DNA from: an uncultured Gammaproteobacteria bacterium
Lineage (GTDB): Bacteria > Patescibacteriota > Patescibacteriia > JAHIZJ01
DNA length: 64,000 nt
Assembly (NCBI GenBank): GCA_964594455.1
Contig: CAZQLY010000006.1
Coordinates: 8,629 to 72,628 of the forward strand
Reading direction: 5' to 3'
How positions within the stretch are numbered: the stretch's first letter is position 1; every line of letters begins with the position of its first letter. Position numbers and translations under genes: made by a program. Below the pieces are notes generated by a model. That model did no database searches, was not told the origin of the DNA, and worked only from the letters and a program-made list of their open reading frames with translations. Shown piece after piece: positions 50,036 to 59,515 of the stretch.

Positions 50036-50066
50036 AGACCCGATACCGGGCCTGTTTAATATGTGT
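50036..50066 (-). terminator. Hairpin terminator between the two giant genes (10-bp stem including one G-U pair on the minus-strand RNA)
   Basis: AAACAGGCCCGG-UAU-CGGGUCUGUUUU on the minus strand. Confidence 0.4.
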
Positions 50067-50076
50067 TTGATTGTTT

Positions 50077-53000
50077 CTATAATTCGCAGCAAATGATATC
50101 GGTCAATCTATCGCGCTCTTCGTTTCCTGCACTGTCCCAGAATTTAACACCGCAGACATAATCGCCCTCACCACACATAACAGTGCTACCATCAGGTTGG
50201 TTAGGCATGCCGAATTCTTGAGCAGTACCATGATAGTTATTTGGTGCTCCGAAGTCCCCGTTTGAAAATACGGCATAGTTTTTATAATCTCCAAGAGCGC
50301 TCGGGTTATAGCCATAGACTCCATAAGCATATCCATCGTCCTCGCCAGTAACTTGGCCCCAAACCCCGGCCTTAGTGCCAGAGGAAGAAACCGTAGCATT
50401 GGAGTATCCAAACACACCTGCTGAACGGCCAGTACTACCGGTAGCGTTGCGTCCAAATCCAACTAAACCATAACTACCTCGGTTAGTAGTGCCAGTAGTG
50501 CCTCCAACGCCAATAATCCCGATACCAGTACTCGAGCTGGCAGTGTTGATTGCCCTGATAACACTATAGTCATCCCAAGCTGGATCTGCGTGTGCTTCTG
50601 TAACTGTGGCCTCAAAAAGCCCAGCATAGTCTCCATCGGCCTGACTTACGTATAAAGATGGATCAGATGTGCTGGTGTAAATAGCTAAGCCGGTTCCTGA
50701 TAAGCCGTTGCCGCTAGTTCCATTATTGATAACTAACTTAGCGGCCGGAGCGCCGTTGGAAATGCCAACATTTACTCTTTCATCAAATTTGACTATTGTA
50801 TTCATGATTGAAAACTGAGGATCATCCCAAGAAATAGTGTTACCTGTGGTTGTAGAGCCACTCTTTTCGTAAAAATGTATACCTTGTCCCGGAGCGTCTG
50901 GAGTTGAGCCACCGTACTGAAAGGCGATCATTCTGGTTCCGAATGAAGCGTGAGTATTGGTATAGACATAGTTTGAACCATTCCAGGCGCAATTATGACA
51001 GAGAGTTTCATGAGCATGAGCCGATACACCCGCTTGCCAGTTGGCTCCATAGCTAGACATGAATATTCGATTGCCTTGACTGTAGATTGGGCCGTTGACG
51101 TGAAGTTTAACTGTTGGATTAGTTTGTCCAATACCCACCTCTGAACCATCATCCGTTATTTGAGAGTCACTTAAGGTGGTGGCAGCGGTAAACTTAGCTA
51201 CCCGATTTGCAGTACCAGATCCACCGAGACCCGATGGCCAGCTACCGCGGCAGTCGCCGCTGATACAAAGCTGAGTAGCGTTAGCATTGCCGCTGACATC
51301 CAACTGGTATGAAGGACTACTGTCATTTATTCCTACAAAGCCAGGATCGCCGGCCGCATTGCCTAATATTGTAATTCTGGTTGTCTCGCCAGTCTGTAAA
51401 ACTAGATTATCACTGCCATAGCTTGAGAACCCACCATTGGAAATTATTTTTTTATTGAAGTAAAATTTGGCTCGATCAGTGTAAAGATGAGCATAACTGG
51501 CATTGTCAGACCCAATATCCAAATAGCCACTAGTTGTAGATACTCTAACCATACCACCACTACCGCCGTGATTGATGTTACCTCTCAAAGCTCCATCGTT
51601 GAAAATATTTAACACTGTAGTACTGTCACGAATGAAATCTACCGTACCATTACCAGCACCGTCGCCCCATTTAAAGTTTGGATTATCGCCGGCCACTATA
51701 TCCATATCCCCGCCGATAACTTCACCGATATACATATCTGTTCCGCCGACATAGAGCAAATCACCAACACCATCAAGCCGCATATCACCGACTACATGTA
51801 ATTTGTGGGCAGGGTTATTTGTACCAACGCCAACATCCCAGCCCGTGTTGTTGGGATAAAGATCAGTACCGTTCAGCGTCCAGTAACTGCTGCCACCAGC
51901 TGCTGCCCAGGACAAGGTACCGCTGCCATTATTTGTTAGTACGGTACTAGCGCCTCCTTGGGCGGCCGGCCAGTCATAGACCACGTTTTTTATTCTTTGA
52001 ATATCACCGTCTGAGGCTACTTGGAATTTGTCACCTGATCCTACAGTTAATAATGCGGCTGGACTGGTGTCGCCGATGCCAATATTACCACTGCCTGTGA
52101 TAGTCATTCTATAATTATCATTGGTTCCAAATTGGATACTGCCGTTTTCATAATTCCAAACGTAGGTGGATACGCCGTCTTGAGATATTTCAAAACCATC
52201 ACCCACACCTGTCCCACTCAAAGCATCTTGTAGCAAAATAACACTAGCATCATCATCATAGAGATTTAATTTTCCTTTTGGATCAGATGTGCCAATACCA
52301 ACATCACCGCCTGACTCTATCACCATACGTTCTTGAGTTGTGCTGCCGTCGGGACTAGTGTAGAACATCAGTTTGGTAGGGTAGTCGTTGGGACTCCAAT
52401 CAGCCGTGGCTCGGCCCTTTATTTGAGCACCGATCGAACCATCGCCACCATCATCTCCAGAGAAATATAAGGCTCCTAGATCCTCGCCATCTACAATTAC
52501 TGAATCATTACGTCTCAGTGCTTGATAGCCGCCACCGGTTTCTCCAACGTCCAGCTTATTTTGAGGATCGGGTATTCCGATACCGACATTGCCACCTGAA
52601 CCAATCATCATTCTTTGTTGGACGGTGCTGCCATCGGGTGCTGTCCAAAAAGTAAGTTGAGTTGGACTATCATTCAGACTCCAATCAGCTGTTGAGATAG
52701 CTTTGATTTCAGCGCCGATAGCGTTAGTTGATCCATCATCGCCGTTAAAGTAAATTGCACCCAAATCCTCACCAGTGGTGATAAAATTATCATTTCTTCT
52801 CAGAGCCATATATCCACCAATGCTTTCTCCAACCTCAAAACGGTGAGTCATGTCCGTGACACCGACACCGACCTTAAAATTATCGTTATAGATGTTTGAA
52901 TTGCCGATCTCGTAAGCTCCATTTGTGAATCTTGTCACATAAGCAGTAGTACCAGTACTAACTATGCCACCGCCAGAGCCGCCGTCATCAGATTCACAAG

Positions 53001-54849
53001 ATACATTGGTTACAATACCACCGTTGACTGTAAGATTACTGACAACTATATCATCTCCATTACAAAAGGGTGAGCCAGAAGTGCCCGCGGATCCAGCATG
53101 ACTATAGACAAAACCGGTTTGAACATTTATATCTCCATTGACGTCAAGCTTGTAGGAAGGGGAACTGTCATTGATACCGACATCACCAGTTGAATCCTCG
53201 ATGGCTAAAGTATTGGTACCGGCATCATTAAGAATGTTAAGATCTCCCGAGGTATCTATATTGATATCAAAATATTCTCCGCCTGAGGTTTCTTCCAGCC
53301 TGAGGTTATTGTTTCCAGATCCCACAATGGAGAATTTACCGGAGAAGTATCCAGAATAGCCGGCGCCTGCTTGTTCAGCATAGATGGCCTTATCAGTAGC
53401 CACGGTACCGGTATTCTTGACTGACAACTGAGTATTGTCTCCGATGTCGTTGCGGCCAATCGCTACTTTGTCCGTCGCTTCGTTGACGGGGTTAATGGTA
53501 TTGGCCGTGACGCCCATTTCCCAGAGTCCTGAGCCACCAGAAGTTGTTAAATCCAGGGTTTGGTTTTCACCAATGCCACCGACTAAAGCGATATTTACAC
53601 TTGAATCACTGGAGGTTAATTGGTTCATCAAGTAATCGGCTGACAATTCGCCTGCAGTTACTTTGACGTATTCATCAGTGCCGCCGCCACCTCCATCATC
53701 TGTACCGCAAACTATGTTTCCGTTAGCGTCGGTATCCAAGGTATTAGCACCGGTACAACCTGCAAGCTGAGTAAACCTTAAGCCGCTTGTATTATTCACG
53801 CCACTGTCGATTTCTAATTTTACGTTTGGCGTATCGGTCCCTATTCCAACCTTGTCGTCATTGACTATTAAAGTTTTAGTTGCGCCATCACTTATTATTT
53901 TTATACCGTTGCCGCCGCCAGCGTTTATTTGAAACCAACCATTCTCATTTGTGAGATAGGTGGGTTTTGTGTTAGTCAAATCTTCTAGGAGAATGCCCTG
54001 ACCAACTTGCGCAGCAATATGTAATTTCATCTGGGCTAGCTGTGTGCCAATTCCGACATTTCTTGTTGAAGTTGTTTCATCCAGATAAACGACATCCGGA
54101 TCTGGTGTGGCGTCGAGAGTCCATAGGCCACCACTGCCTCCAGTTTGGTCCCAACCGGTAATACATTCCGCACCAGTGCCATCATCATTGAAACAGACCC
54201 TGACAACGTGGGTATCCGATCCGATTATGAGATCTTGCCCACCCGGATTGGAATCAAGGGTCTTATCGGCTGCTAAATAAATGTCTTCACCAGCGCCACT
54301 GAAATAATTTACGAACAAAGGTGAACCAGTTGATTTAACATCTCCCCCAGCAGCGCCGTCTTCCAGGGCTAGGGTTAAGGTTCGTCCTTCAACCGAGTTT
54401 ATTATCTCCAGACTGCCCTGATTAGCATCGGCCCTGGTAATTGTTACATCGCCTTGGTTCTCAATAGCTGTACCAGCATCACCAGCCGATATATATACTG
54501 TTCCTAAGGAATAATTAATATGAGGATTGGAAGGACTATTATCTTCGTTGGCCCAGAAAACACCAGCATTGTCAGCCACAAAAAAAGCGTCTCCAGTAGT
54601 GAGCACTAAATATGCCCCATCGGCTTTTAGATATTCTCCGGCAACAGTTAAGCTTCCTTGTTTGGTCTGAGCTGACCCGGATACGTTGATTGGAGCGGAT
54701 GTGTTGCCACCGGGCGGGGGAGCTACTGGAGAGCTCCATTCAGCTTGAGCAATTTTTACTCCAACCAGTCCCAAAATACTAAAAAACGCCACTAGTAAAG
54801 CTAAGCGCGAAACGCGAGTGGCGTGTTTAAATTGACTTTTCATAGTCAT
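50077..54849 (-). CDS. Giant secreted surface protein (about 1590 aa), paralog of the 45547-49956 product
   Basis: Same signal peptide and post-cleavage motif (KIAQAEWSSPVxPPPGGN..APINVSGSAQTKQGSLTV). Long collinear blocks nearly identical to giant 1. Divergent Cys-containing C-terminus. Confidence 0.85.
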   Translation of the reverse strand: MTMKSQFKHATRVSRLALLVAFFSILGLVGVKIAQAEWSSPVAPPPGGNTSAPINVSGSAQTKQGSLTVAGEYLKADGAYLVLTTGDAFFVADNAGVFWANEDNSPSNPHINYSLGTVYISAGDAGTAIENQGDVTITRADANQGSLEIINSVEGRTLTLALEDGAAGGDVKSTGSPLFVNYFSGAGEDIYLAADKTLDSNPGGQDLIIGSDTHVVRVCFNDDGTGAECITGWDQTGGSGGLWTLDATPDPDVVYLDETTSTRNVGIGTQLAQMKLHIAAQVGQGILLEDLTNTKPTYLTNENGWFQINAGGGNGIKIISDGATKTLIVNDDKVGIGTDTPNVKLEIDSGVNNTSGLRFTQLAGCTGANTLDTDANGNIVCGTDDGGGGGTDEYVKVTAGELSADYLMNQLTSSDSSVNIALVGGIGENQTLDLTTSGGSGLWEMGVTANTINPVNEATDKVAIGRNDIGDNTQLSVKNTGTVATDKAIYAEQAGAGYSGYFSGKFSIVGSGNNNLRLEETSGGEYFDINIDTSGDLNILNDAGTNTLAIEDSTGDVGINDSSPSYKLDVNGDINVQTGFVYSHAGSAGTSGSPFCNGDDIVVSNLTVNGGIVTNVSCESDDGGSGGGIVSTGTTAYVTRFTNGAYEIGNSNIYNDNFKVGVGVTDMTHRFEVGESIGGYMALRRNDNFITTGEDLGAIYFNGDDGSTNAIGAEIKAISTADWSLNDSPTQLTFWTAPDGSTVQQRMMIGSGGNVGIGIPDPQNKLDVGETGGGYQALRRNDSVIVDGEDLGALYFSGDDGGDGSIGAQIKGRATADWSPNDYPTKLMFYTSPDGSTTQERMVIESGGDVGIGTSDPKGKLNLYDDDASVILLQDALSGTGVGDGFEISQDGVSTYVWNYENGSIQFGTNDNYRMTITGSGNIGIGDTSPAALLTVGSGDKFQVASDGDIQRIKNVVYDWPAAQGGASTVLTNNGSGTLSWAAAGGSSYWTLNGTDLYPNNTGWDVGVGTNNPAHKLHVVGDMRLDGVGDLLYVGGTDMYIGEVIGGDMDIVAGDNPNFKWGDGAGNGTVDFIRDSTTVLNIFNDGALRGNINHGGSGGMVRVSTTSGYLDIGSDNASYAHLYTDRAKFYFNKKIISNGGFSSYGSDNLVLQTGETTRITILGNAAGDPGFVGINDSSPSYQLDVSGNANATQLCISGDCRGSWPSGLGGSGTANRVAKFTAATTLSDSQITDDGSEVGIGQTNPTVKLHVNGPIYSQGNRIFMSSYGANWQAGVSAHAHETLCHNCAWNGSNYVYTNTHASFGTRMIAFQYGGSTPDAPGQGIHFYEKSGSTTTGNTISWDDPQFSIMNTIVKFDERVNVGISNGAPAAKLVINNGTSGNGLSGTGLAIYTSTSDPSLYVSQADGDYAGLFEATVTEAHADPAWDDYSVIRAINTASSSTGIGIIGVGGTTGTTNRGSYGLVGFGRNATGSTGRSAGVFGYSNATVSSSGTKAGVWGQVTGEDDGYAYGVYGYNPSALGDYKNYAVFSNGDFGAPNNYHGTAQEFGMPNQPDGSTVMCGEGDYVCGVKFWDSAGNEERDRLTDIICCEL

Positions 54850-54910
54850 ATTATCCTTATTATTGATAGCTATTTTATATTTATTTAAGAAATATACTAT
54901 TATTATAGCA

Positions 54911-54943
54911 AAAAACAGGGCAAAAAGCAAGCCCTATTTTTTT
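54911..54943. terminator. Hairpin (AACAGGGC...GCCCTATT) with flanking A-run and T-run between the Mur-ligase gene and giant gene 2
   Basis: Sequence inspection only. Confidence 0.35.
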
Positions 54944-54946
54944 CTT

Positions 54947-56257
54947 TTACGAATTACCTCTAAGTATCTTTTTGACTGTTTTTTCGTCACTCCAAGGAAT
55001 CTTTTTGCCATTGCTGATTACCATATTTTGCTCGGAGCCCTTGCCGGTTATTATCACTATGTCATCCGGCCCGGCTAGACGGAGAGCCTTTCTAATGGAT
55101 TCCTCACGATCCAGGATTTTGAAATAATGCTGGCTTTCAATTTTCCCTGGATGTTTCTTTATCCCAGCTACAACATCGCCAATTATTTCCATCGGGTCAT
55201 CATCGTAAGGATCTTCGTTAGTAACGATAATGTAATCCGTGTATCTAGCAGCCAGCTCTCCCAGAAGAGGACGTTTTCTTTTGTCGCGTCCGCCGCCTTG
55301 AGAACCCAAGACGCTTATTATCTTTCTTGGCTGGTAAGACTTGAGCGCGACATAAACCTGTTCTAGGCCAGCCGGCTCGTGAGCATAATCAACTATAACT
55401 TTGAATGGTTGCCCTTCATTGATTGATTGCATGCGGCCGGGTACTTTAGGAATGCTTTCCAGCGATTTGATAATTTTATCAAGGGAAATTTCTTGAGACA
55501 ATCCTACGCAAATCGCGGCCAGAGCGTTGGCAGCATTGAATCGCCCCAATAGTTTAAGCTGCGCTGACTTGTTTTCGACTGTAAAGGATACACCCGAAGC
55601 ATTGTCATTAATATTACTTCCCTGAATAATACGCAAGCCCTCTTTAGCCAAAGATTTTTTTTGTAGAGAGTAGCCATAATAGATTTCAGCTGGAAACGAC
55701 AAAAAGTATTCAGCTGCCGGATCATCTAGGTTTACGATCGAAACTTTTTTTATCTCAGGCTTTTTATTGTGACTCAAGGAGGCAAACAACTTACCTTTGG
55801 CTTGCTTATATTTTTCAAACGAGCCGTGGGATTCTATGTGCTCTGGAGTTAGGTTTGTAAAAACTGCAACATCGTAATAAATACCCCAATGGCGGAATTG
55901 CTTGATACCCTCAGAGGTTGTCTCGACGATAGCGTAATCACATTTCTCTCGTACCATTCGTCGCAAGAAAGATTGGAGGCTGAGGCGGCCACGCATGGTC
56001 ATCTTGGTATCGTTGAGCCATTCTTGATCACCAATTTTGAAATTAACAGTTGAGGTATGACCTACCTTAAATCCCGCACCTTCTAATGTTCTGGCAACCA
56101 TGTTTACAACCGTTGATTTTCCATTTGTACCAGTGACACCAACCACTTTGATATCTTTGGAAGGAAAATGGTAAATCAAGGTTGCTAGCACAGCTAAGCC
56201 TAAATGATAGTGGGACAGTAAAGATTTGGGTAGAAGTTTTTTTATTAATCTTTTCAT
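54947..56257 (-). CDS. Mur ligase family protein lacking the N-terminal UDP-binding domain (MurE/MurF-like central and C-terminal domains)
   Basis: P-loop VVGVTGTNGKST at about residue 40. ETTSEGI, FTNLTPEHIESHGSFEKY and DYAHEP motifs. C-terminal GKGSEQNMVISNGKKIPWSDEKTV. Confidence 0.7.
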   Translation of the reverse strand: MKRLIKKLLPKSLLSHYHLGLAVLATLIYHFPSKDIKVVGVTGTNGKSTVVNMVARTLEGAGFKVGHTSTVNFKIGDQEWLNDTKMTMRGRLSLQSFLRRMVREKCDYAIVETTSEGIKQFRHWGIYYDVAVFTNLTPEHIESHGSFEKYKQAKGKLFASLSHNKKPEIKKVSIVNLDDPAAEYFLSFPAEIYYGYSLQKKSLAKEGLRIIQGSNINDNASGVSFTVENKSAQLKLLGRFNAANALAAICVGLSQEISLDKIIKSLESIPKVPGRMQSINEGQPFKVIVDYAHEPAGLEQVYVALKSYQPRKIISVLGSQGGGRDKRKRPLLGELAARYTDYIIVTNEDPYDDDPMEIIGDVVAGIKKHPGKIESQHYFKILDREESIRKALRLAGPDDIVIITGKGSEQNMVISNGKKIPWSDEKTVKKILRGNS

Positions 56258-56260
56258 GTG

Positions 56261-58747
56261 TTAATTAGCTGCTAGGTTGACGCCTGATTTAAATGATTCA
56301 GCGTAAACCAGGTATTCTTCGTAAAGATTGGTTCCCTCGCGGTTAAAGTAACGAACCAAAGGACTGCCACTGCTTCTGACTGATACAACTATTTCCTTTT
56401 TGCCGTTATATTGCAAGTCTGAAGTGGCCAGGTTGATTCCTCCACGGAAATCTGGCGCGAAAGCCATGAAGCCCACATGTTCCAGAATAACTGTTTGATC
56501 TGATTTCCGGCCAAATATTCTGATTTGAGGCCCGCCCGCGCTAGCTATACCTGTGATTATCTCATCTTTTCCGTCACCGTCAACATCTCCGCCAGCCAAC
56601 GTCATACCGCCCATGAAATCTTCATCGTAAGCCATCAAGCCCAGAATGACCGGCACAAAGACCCTGTTGCGAAAACCGAATATTCTGATATGCGGGCCGC
56701 CGTTACTAAGCGGTGCGGTAATTATTTCTCCCATGCCATTACCCTCCAGATCAGCTACGGCAACAGAAACCCCGCCACGGAAATTTTCATCATAAGCCAT
56801 GAAATTTTCAGTAGTAGGTTCAAAGCTTCCTGAGCGGTAACCAAATATTCTGATATTGGGGCCGCCATTGCTCATGGGTGCGGTAACAATTTCCGCTTTA
56901 CCACCGTCCACATCACCAACCGCTATATTTACTCCACCCCGGAAGCCGGTATCGTAGGCAAAAAAGTCTTTTTCAAAATCCCCGGACAGAGAAAAAACTC
57001 TGATCTGTGGACCGCCGCCTGGCCCGGGCGCGGTGACGACTTCGTCCTCTCCATCACCATCGACATCGCCAATAGCTACATTGACACCACCGCGGAATGT
57101 CTCAGCGTAGACAAAGAAACTAGCTATTTCAATTCCTCGGGTGGAGAAAACTCTAACGTGAGGTCCGCCTCCAGCATTGGCTCCAACCACAAAGCGTCTG
57201 GTATCAACTGTATATTCAGCCGTATTAATATCTTCAGGATTACCGGCCACGTCAATTGCGTAATAAGTAAGAGTGTTGGTTCCTTCGGGTGCGGTTAATG
57301 GTTCGGTATATTCGGCATATTCATCATCGCCCCAACGATAATAAATAGCATAAACATCAGACATGGCGTCGCTAGCCGAAAGGGTTATCGTGGGGGATTC
57401 AAGGTAATAATTATCCGAATCATCCGGTTCTGGGTCATGAGCAAGTGTTGTCGTGGGAGAGGCGACATCACCAATTACTAATTCAAAGGCGGCTTCTAGA
57501 TCAATCAAGCCGTAACCATAGGTCGTGTCATATCCGGACTTACCCAAATCCTTGGCGGTTGTTTCCAGAACAGATTGGATGTTATCAGAGGGAACCCCAG
57601 CTGCTAACAATAATGCAGCAGCACCGGAAACATGAGCTGTTGCCGAAGAGGTGCCTTGAGCCCAAATATCGTTAAACACCGAATAGTCCATTTCTCCGCC
57701 AGCCATGCCGTTATAAGTCTGCTGGACAATACCATCAATAATTTCATCATTGTTTTGATCAACATTAATATTTCCACCTGGTGCGACAACGCTTAAACCC
57801 TCGCCGTAATTAGAGTATGAGGGTTTGGTTTCATCGTACTGAGTGGCTCCAACACCTATGACAGCATCATAACTGGCTGGGGCTTGGAGCTTACTAGCGC
57901 TGGAATTACCGGCCGCGGCCACCAGAACAATGCCGTTGTCACTGGCTTCGTCCAGAGCCTCGCTATAGGCCTCATCAGCCGCATCAGTTGATCCAAAGCT
58001 CATATTAATTACATCAACGCCGTTCTCTATGGCGAATTCAATACCCTCGATTATAGCATCGGTGGTTCCAACTCCATTAGCGCCCAAGACCTTGATCGGC
58101 ATTATTGAGCTATTAAAAGCCATGCCAGCCATGGCTACACCATTATTAGTGGATTGGGCAATAGTGCCGGTCATATGCGTACCATGACCGTTATCATCGT
58201 TAGGGTGAGAGTCATTATTAACAAAATCATATCCGGAAACAAAATTGGTGCTGGCTAAATCTGGGGCTTGATTAAAATCTTTGTAATCTTCATACGCCAC
58301 CCCGGTGTCCATAACCGCTACCACAATGCTGTCGTCACCACCATACTTTGGTGTATCGGTGTCTTGATCCCAGGCTGATTCGACATTTATTTGATCAAAG
58401 TTCCACTGGTAAGAGTAAAGCGGGTCGTCTGGTGTGAAGCTGGATATTTTGTAGAGATAGTTTGGTTGAATAGACTCTACCAGTAAATTGTTTTTTAATC
58501 TGGTTAAGGCTGTAATAACTGATTCGTCTTGCAAGGACACTTTTACCAGGGTGTCAGATTGAGTAGTTAGGTATTTGATGCCACTGACTCCAAGTTGGTC
58601 TTCTAATTCATTACTAGCCTGAAAAGCCACCGAGGGATTTAGCTTGATGAGAACCTCATCAGCTGCATAGTTGGGCTCAATTGCCGAGGCTTTGGACGCC
58701 AGCATGAGGAACAGAAATAGGCTGAAAATTAGTGATGTTTTTTTCAT
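56261..58747 (-). CDS. Secreted S8 subtilisin-like serine peptidase with a C-terminal array of FG-GAP-like repeats
   Basis: Signal peptide. Catalytic triad contexts VAVMDTGV (Asp), HGTHMTGTIA (His), GTSSATAHVSGAAALL (Ser). At least eight repeats of the type RGGVN.A.GDVDGDG.DE.VT.P..GGGP.IR.F. Confidence 0.85.
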   Translation of the reverse strand: MKKTSLIFSLFLFLMLASKASAIEPNYAADEVLIKLNPSVAFQASNELEDQLGVSGIKYLTTQSDTLVKVSLQDESVITALTRLKNNLLVESIQPNYLYKISSFTPDDPLYSYQWNFDQINVESAWDQDTDTPKYGGDDSIVVAVMDTGVAYEDYKDFNQAPDLASTNFVSGYDFVNNDSHPNDDNGHGTHMTGTIAQSTNNGVAMAGMAFNSSIMPIKVLGANGVGTTDAIIEGIEFAIENGVDVINMSFGSTDAADEAYSEALDEASDNGIVLVAAAGNSSASKLQAPASYDAVIGVGATQYDETKPSYSNYGEGLSVVAPGGNINVDQNNDEIIDGIVQQTYNGMAGGEMDYSVFNDIWAQGTSSATAHVSGAAALLLAAGVPSDNIQSVLETTAKDLGKSGYDTTYGYGLIDLEAAFELVIGDVASPTTTLAHDPEPDDSDNYYLESPTITLSASDAMSDVYAIYYRWGDDEYAEYTEPLTAPEGTNTLTYYAIDVAGNPEDINTAEYTVDTRRFVVGANAGGGPHVRVFSTRGIEIASFFVYAETFRGGVNVAIGDVDGDGEDEVVTAPGPGGGPQIRVFSLSGDFEKDFFAYDTGFRGGVNIAVGDVDGGKAEIVTAPMSNGGPNIRIFGYRSGSFEPTTENFMAYDENFRGGVSVAVADLEGNGMGEIITAPLSNGGPHIRIFGFRNRVFVPVILGLMAYDEDFMGGMTLAGGDVDGDGKDEIITGIASAGGPQIRIFGRKSDQTVILEHVGFMAFAPDFRGGINLATSDLQYNGKKEIVVSVRSSGSPLVRYFNREGTNLYEEYLVYAESFKSGVNLAAN

Positions 58748-58808
58748 AGAATAAAATAAAAAGTTAATACTTTTTCATTGTACCATTCAGGGTTAGAAAG
58801 AGAAAATT

Positions 58809-58837
58809 TTGACAAGATCATAACTGCCTGATAAGGT
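58809..58837 (+). promoter_or_regulatory. Possible promoter TTGACA-17-TAAGGT at the AT-rich / GC-rich junction
   Basis: TTGACA 58809-58814. Weak -10. Confidence 0.25.
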
Positions 58838-58888
58838 GGTCGCAGCGTTCGCTATTTGACCTGGGAAGCCATATGAGGGAGGAAGACC

Positions 58889-59140
58889 ATGAAGCTTCAA
58901 TTGGGGCAAGTTGTGAATTTGTACAAGCTAAAGAAGCCGGGCTCAAATGAGATGGATATGTTTCCGCTTTCCCCGGGCATCCATGAGTTTGAGGAGGTAC
59001 CCAATCCGAGTGGGGGAACTGGTGGGATGCCCTGGCTGGTCCTAAAATCGGATCAGCTGTGCGGGATGGCCAAGGTGGCCCTTCTCAACAAGCCGGGCGT
59101 GACCGAGATTCAGGAGGAGGCACCGGCTGAGGGGAAGTAG
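58889..59140 (+). CDS. Hypothetical protein (83 aa) in a GC-rich island
   Basis: SD GAGGGAGG 6 nt before ATG. GC-rich. Terminator immediately after. Confidence 0.5.
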   Translation: MKLQLGQVVNLYKLKKPGSNEMDMFPLSPGIHEFEEVPNPSGGTGGMPWLVLKSDQLCGMAKVALLNKPGVTEIQEEAPAEGK

Positions 59141-59153
59141 GAGGCAGCATCGT

Positions 59154-59182
59154 GAGGCTGAAACAATCAGCCTCTTTTTTTT
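59154..59182 (+). terminator. Rho-independent terminator (GAGGCTG-loop-CAGCCTC plus T8)
   Basis: 7-bp stem then eight T. Confidence 0.65.
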
Positions 59183-59205
59183 ATTACTCCGAGGGTATTA
59201 TCCTT

Positions 59206-59294
59206 TTGTTGTCATGCCGAACTCCCGCCTTTGGCGAGGCTCGCCTATGACGGCGACTCGCCCAGCTCATCGGGCGAGGCGGGTGTTTCGGCAT
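59206..59294. repeat. GC-rich nested palindromic element, copy A
   Basis: Outer arms ATGCCGAACTCCCGCCT / AGGCGGGTGTTTCGGCAT. 32-nt core cgactcgcccagctcatcgggcgaggcgggtg matches copy C in reverse complement with 1 mismatch. Left flank TTGTTGTCAT shared with C. Confidence 0.6.
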
Positions 59295-59515
59295 CTCCAT
59301 TTACTCTCATTGACTATCGAGGTCCTGAAACAATACTGACTTTCGTCAGCACATGGTTCAGGGTGGCAGATGAGGTGGCGCTTGTTAATTTGACTGAGTT
59401 TGGGTCAAGGGGGTAAGCTTAAATTGTGCCATCAAGAAGCTTGTCTTTACTAAAAACGATGAGCCTGAGAATGGCAAAAAGGGGCTTCCTGAAAGGCCCC
59501 TTTTTGAATCAGATT

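Noticed and set aside
45547-54930. Possible diversity-generating retroelement targeting the giant proteins
   Set aside because: No reverse-transcriptase ORF was found, and no template/variable repeat pair with adenine-specific mismatches was seen. The inter-gene similarity is ordinary paralogy.
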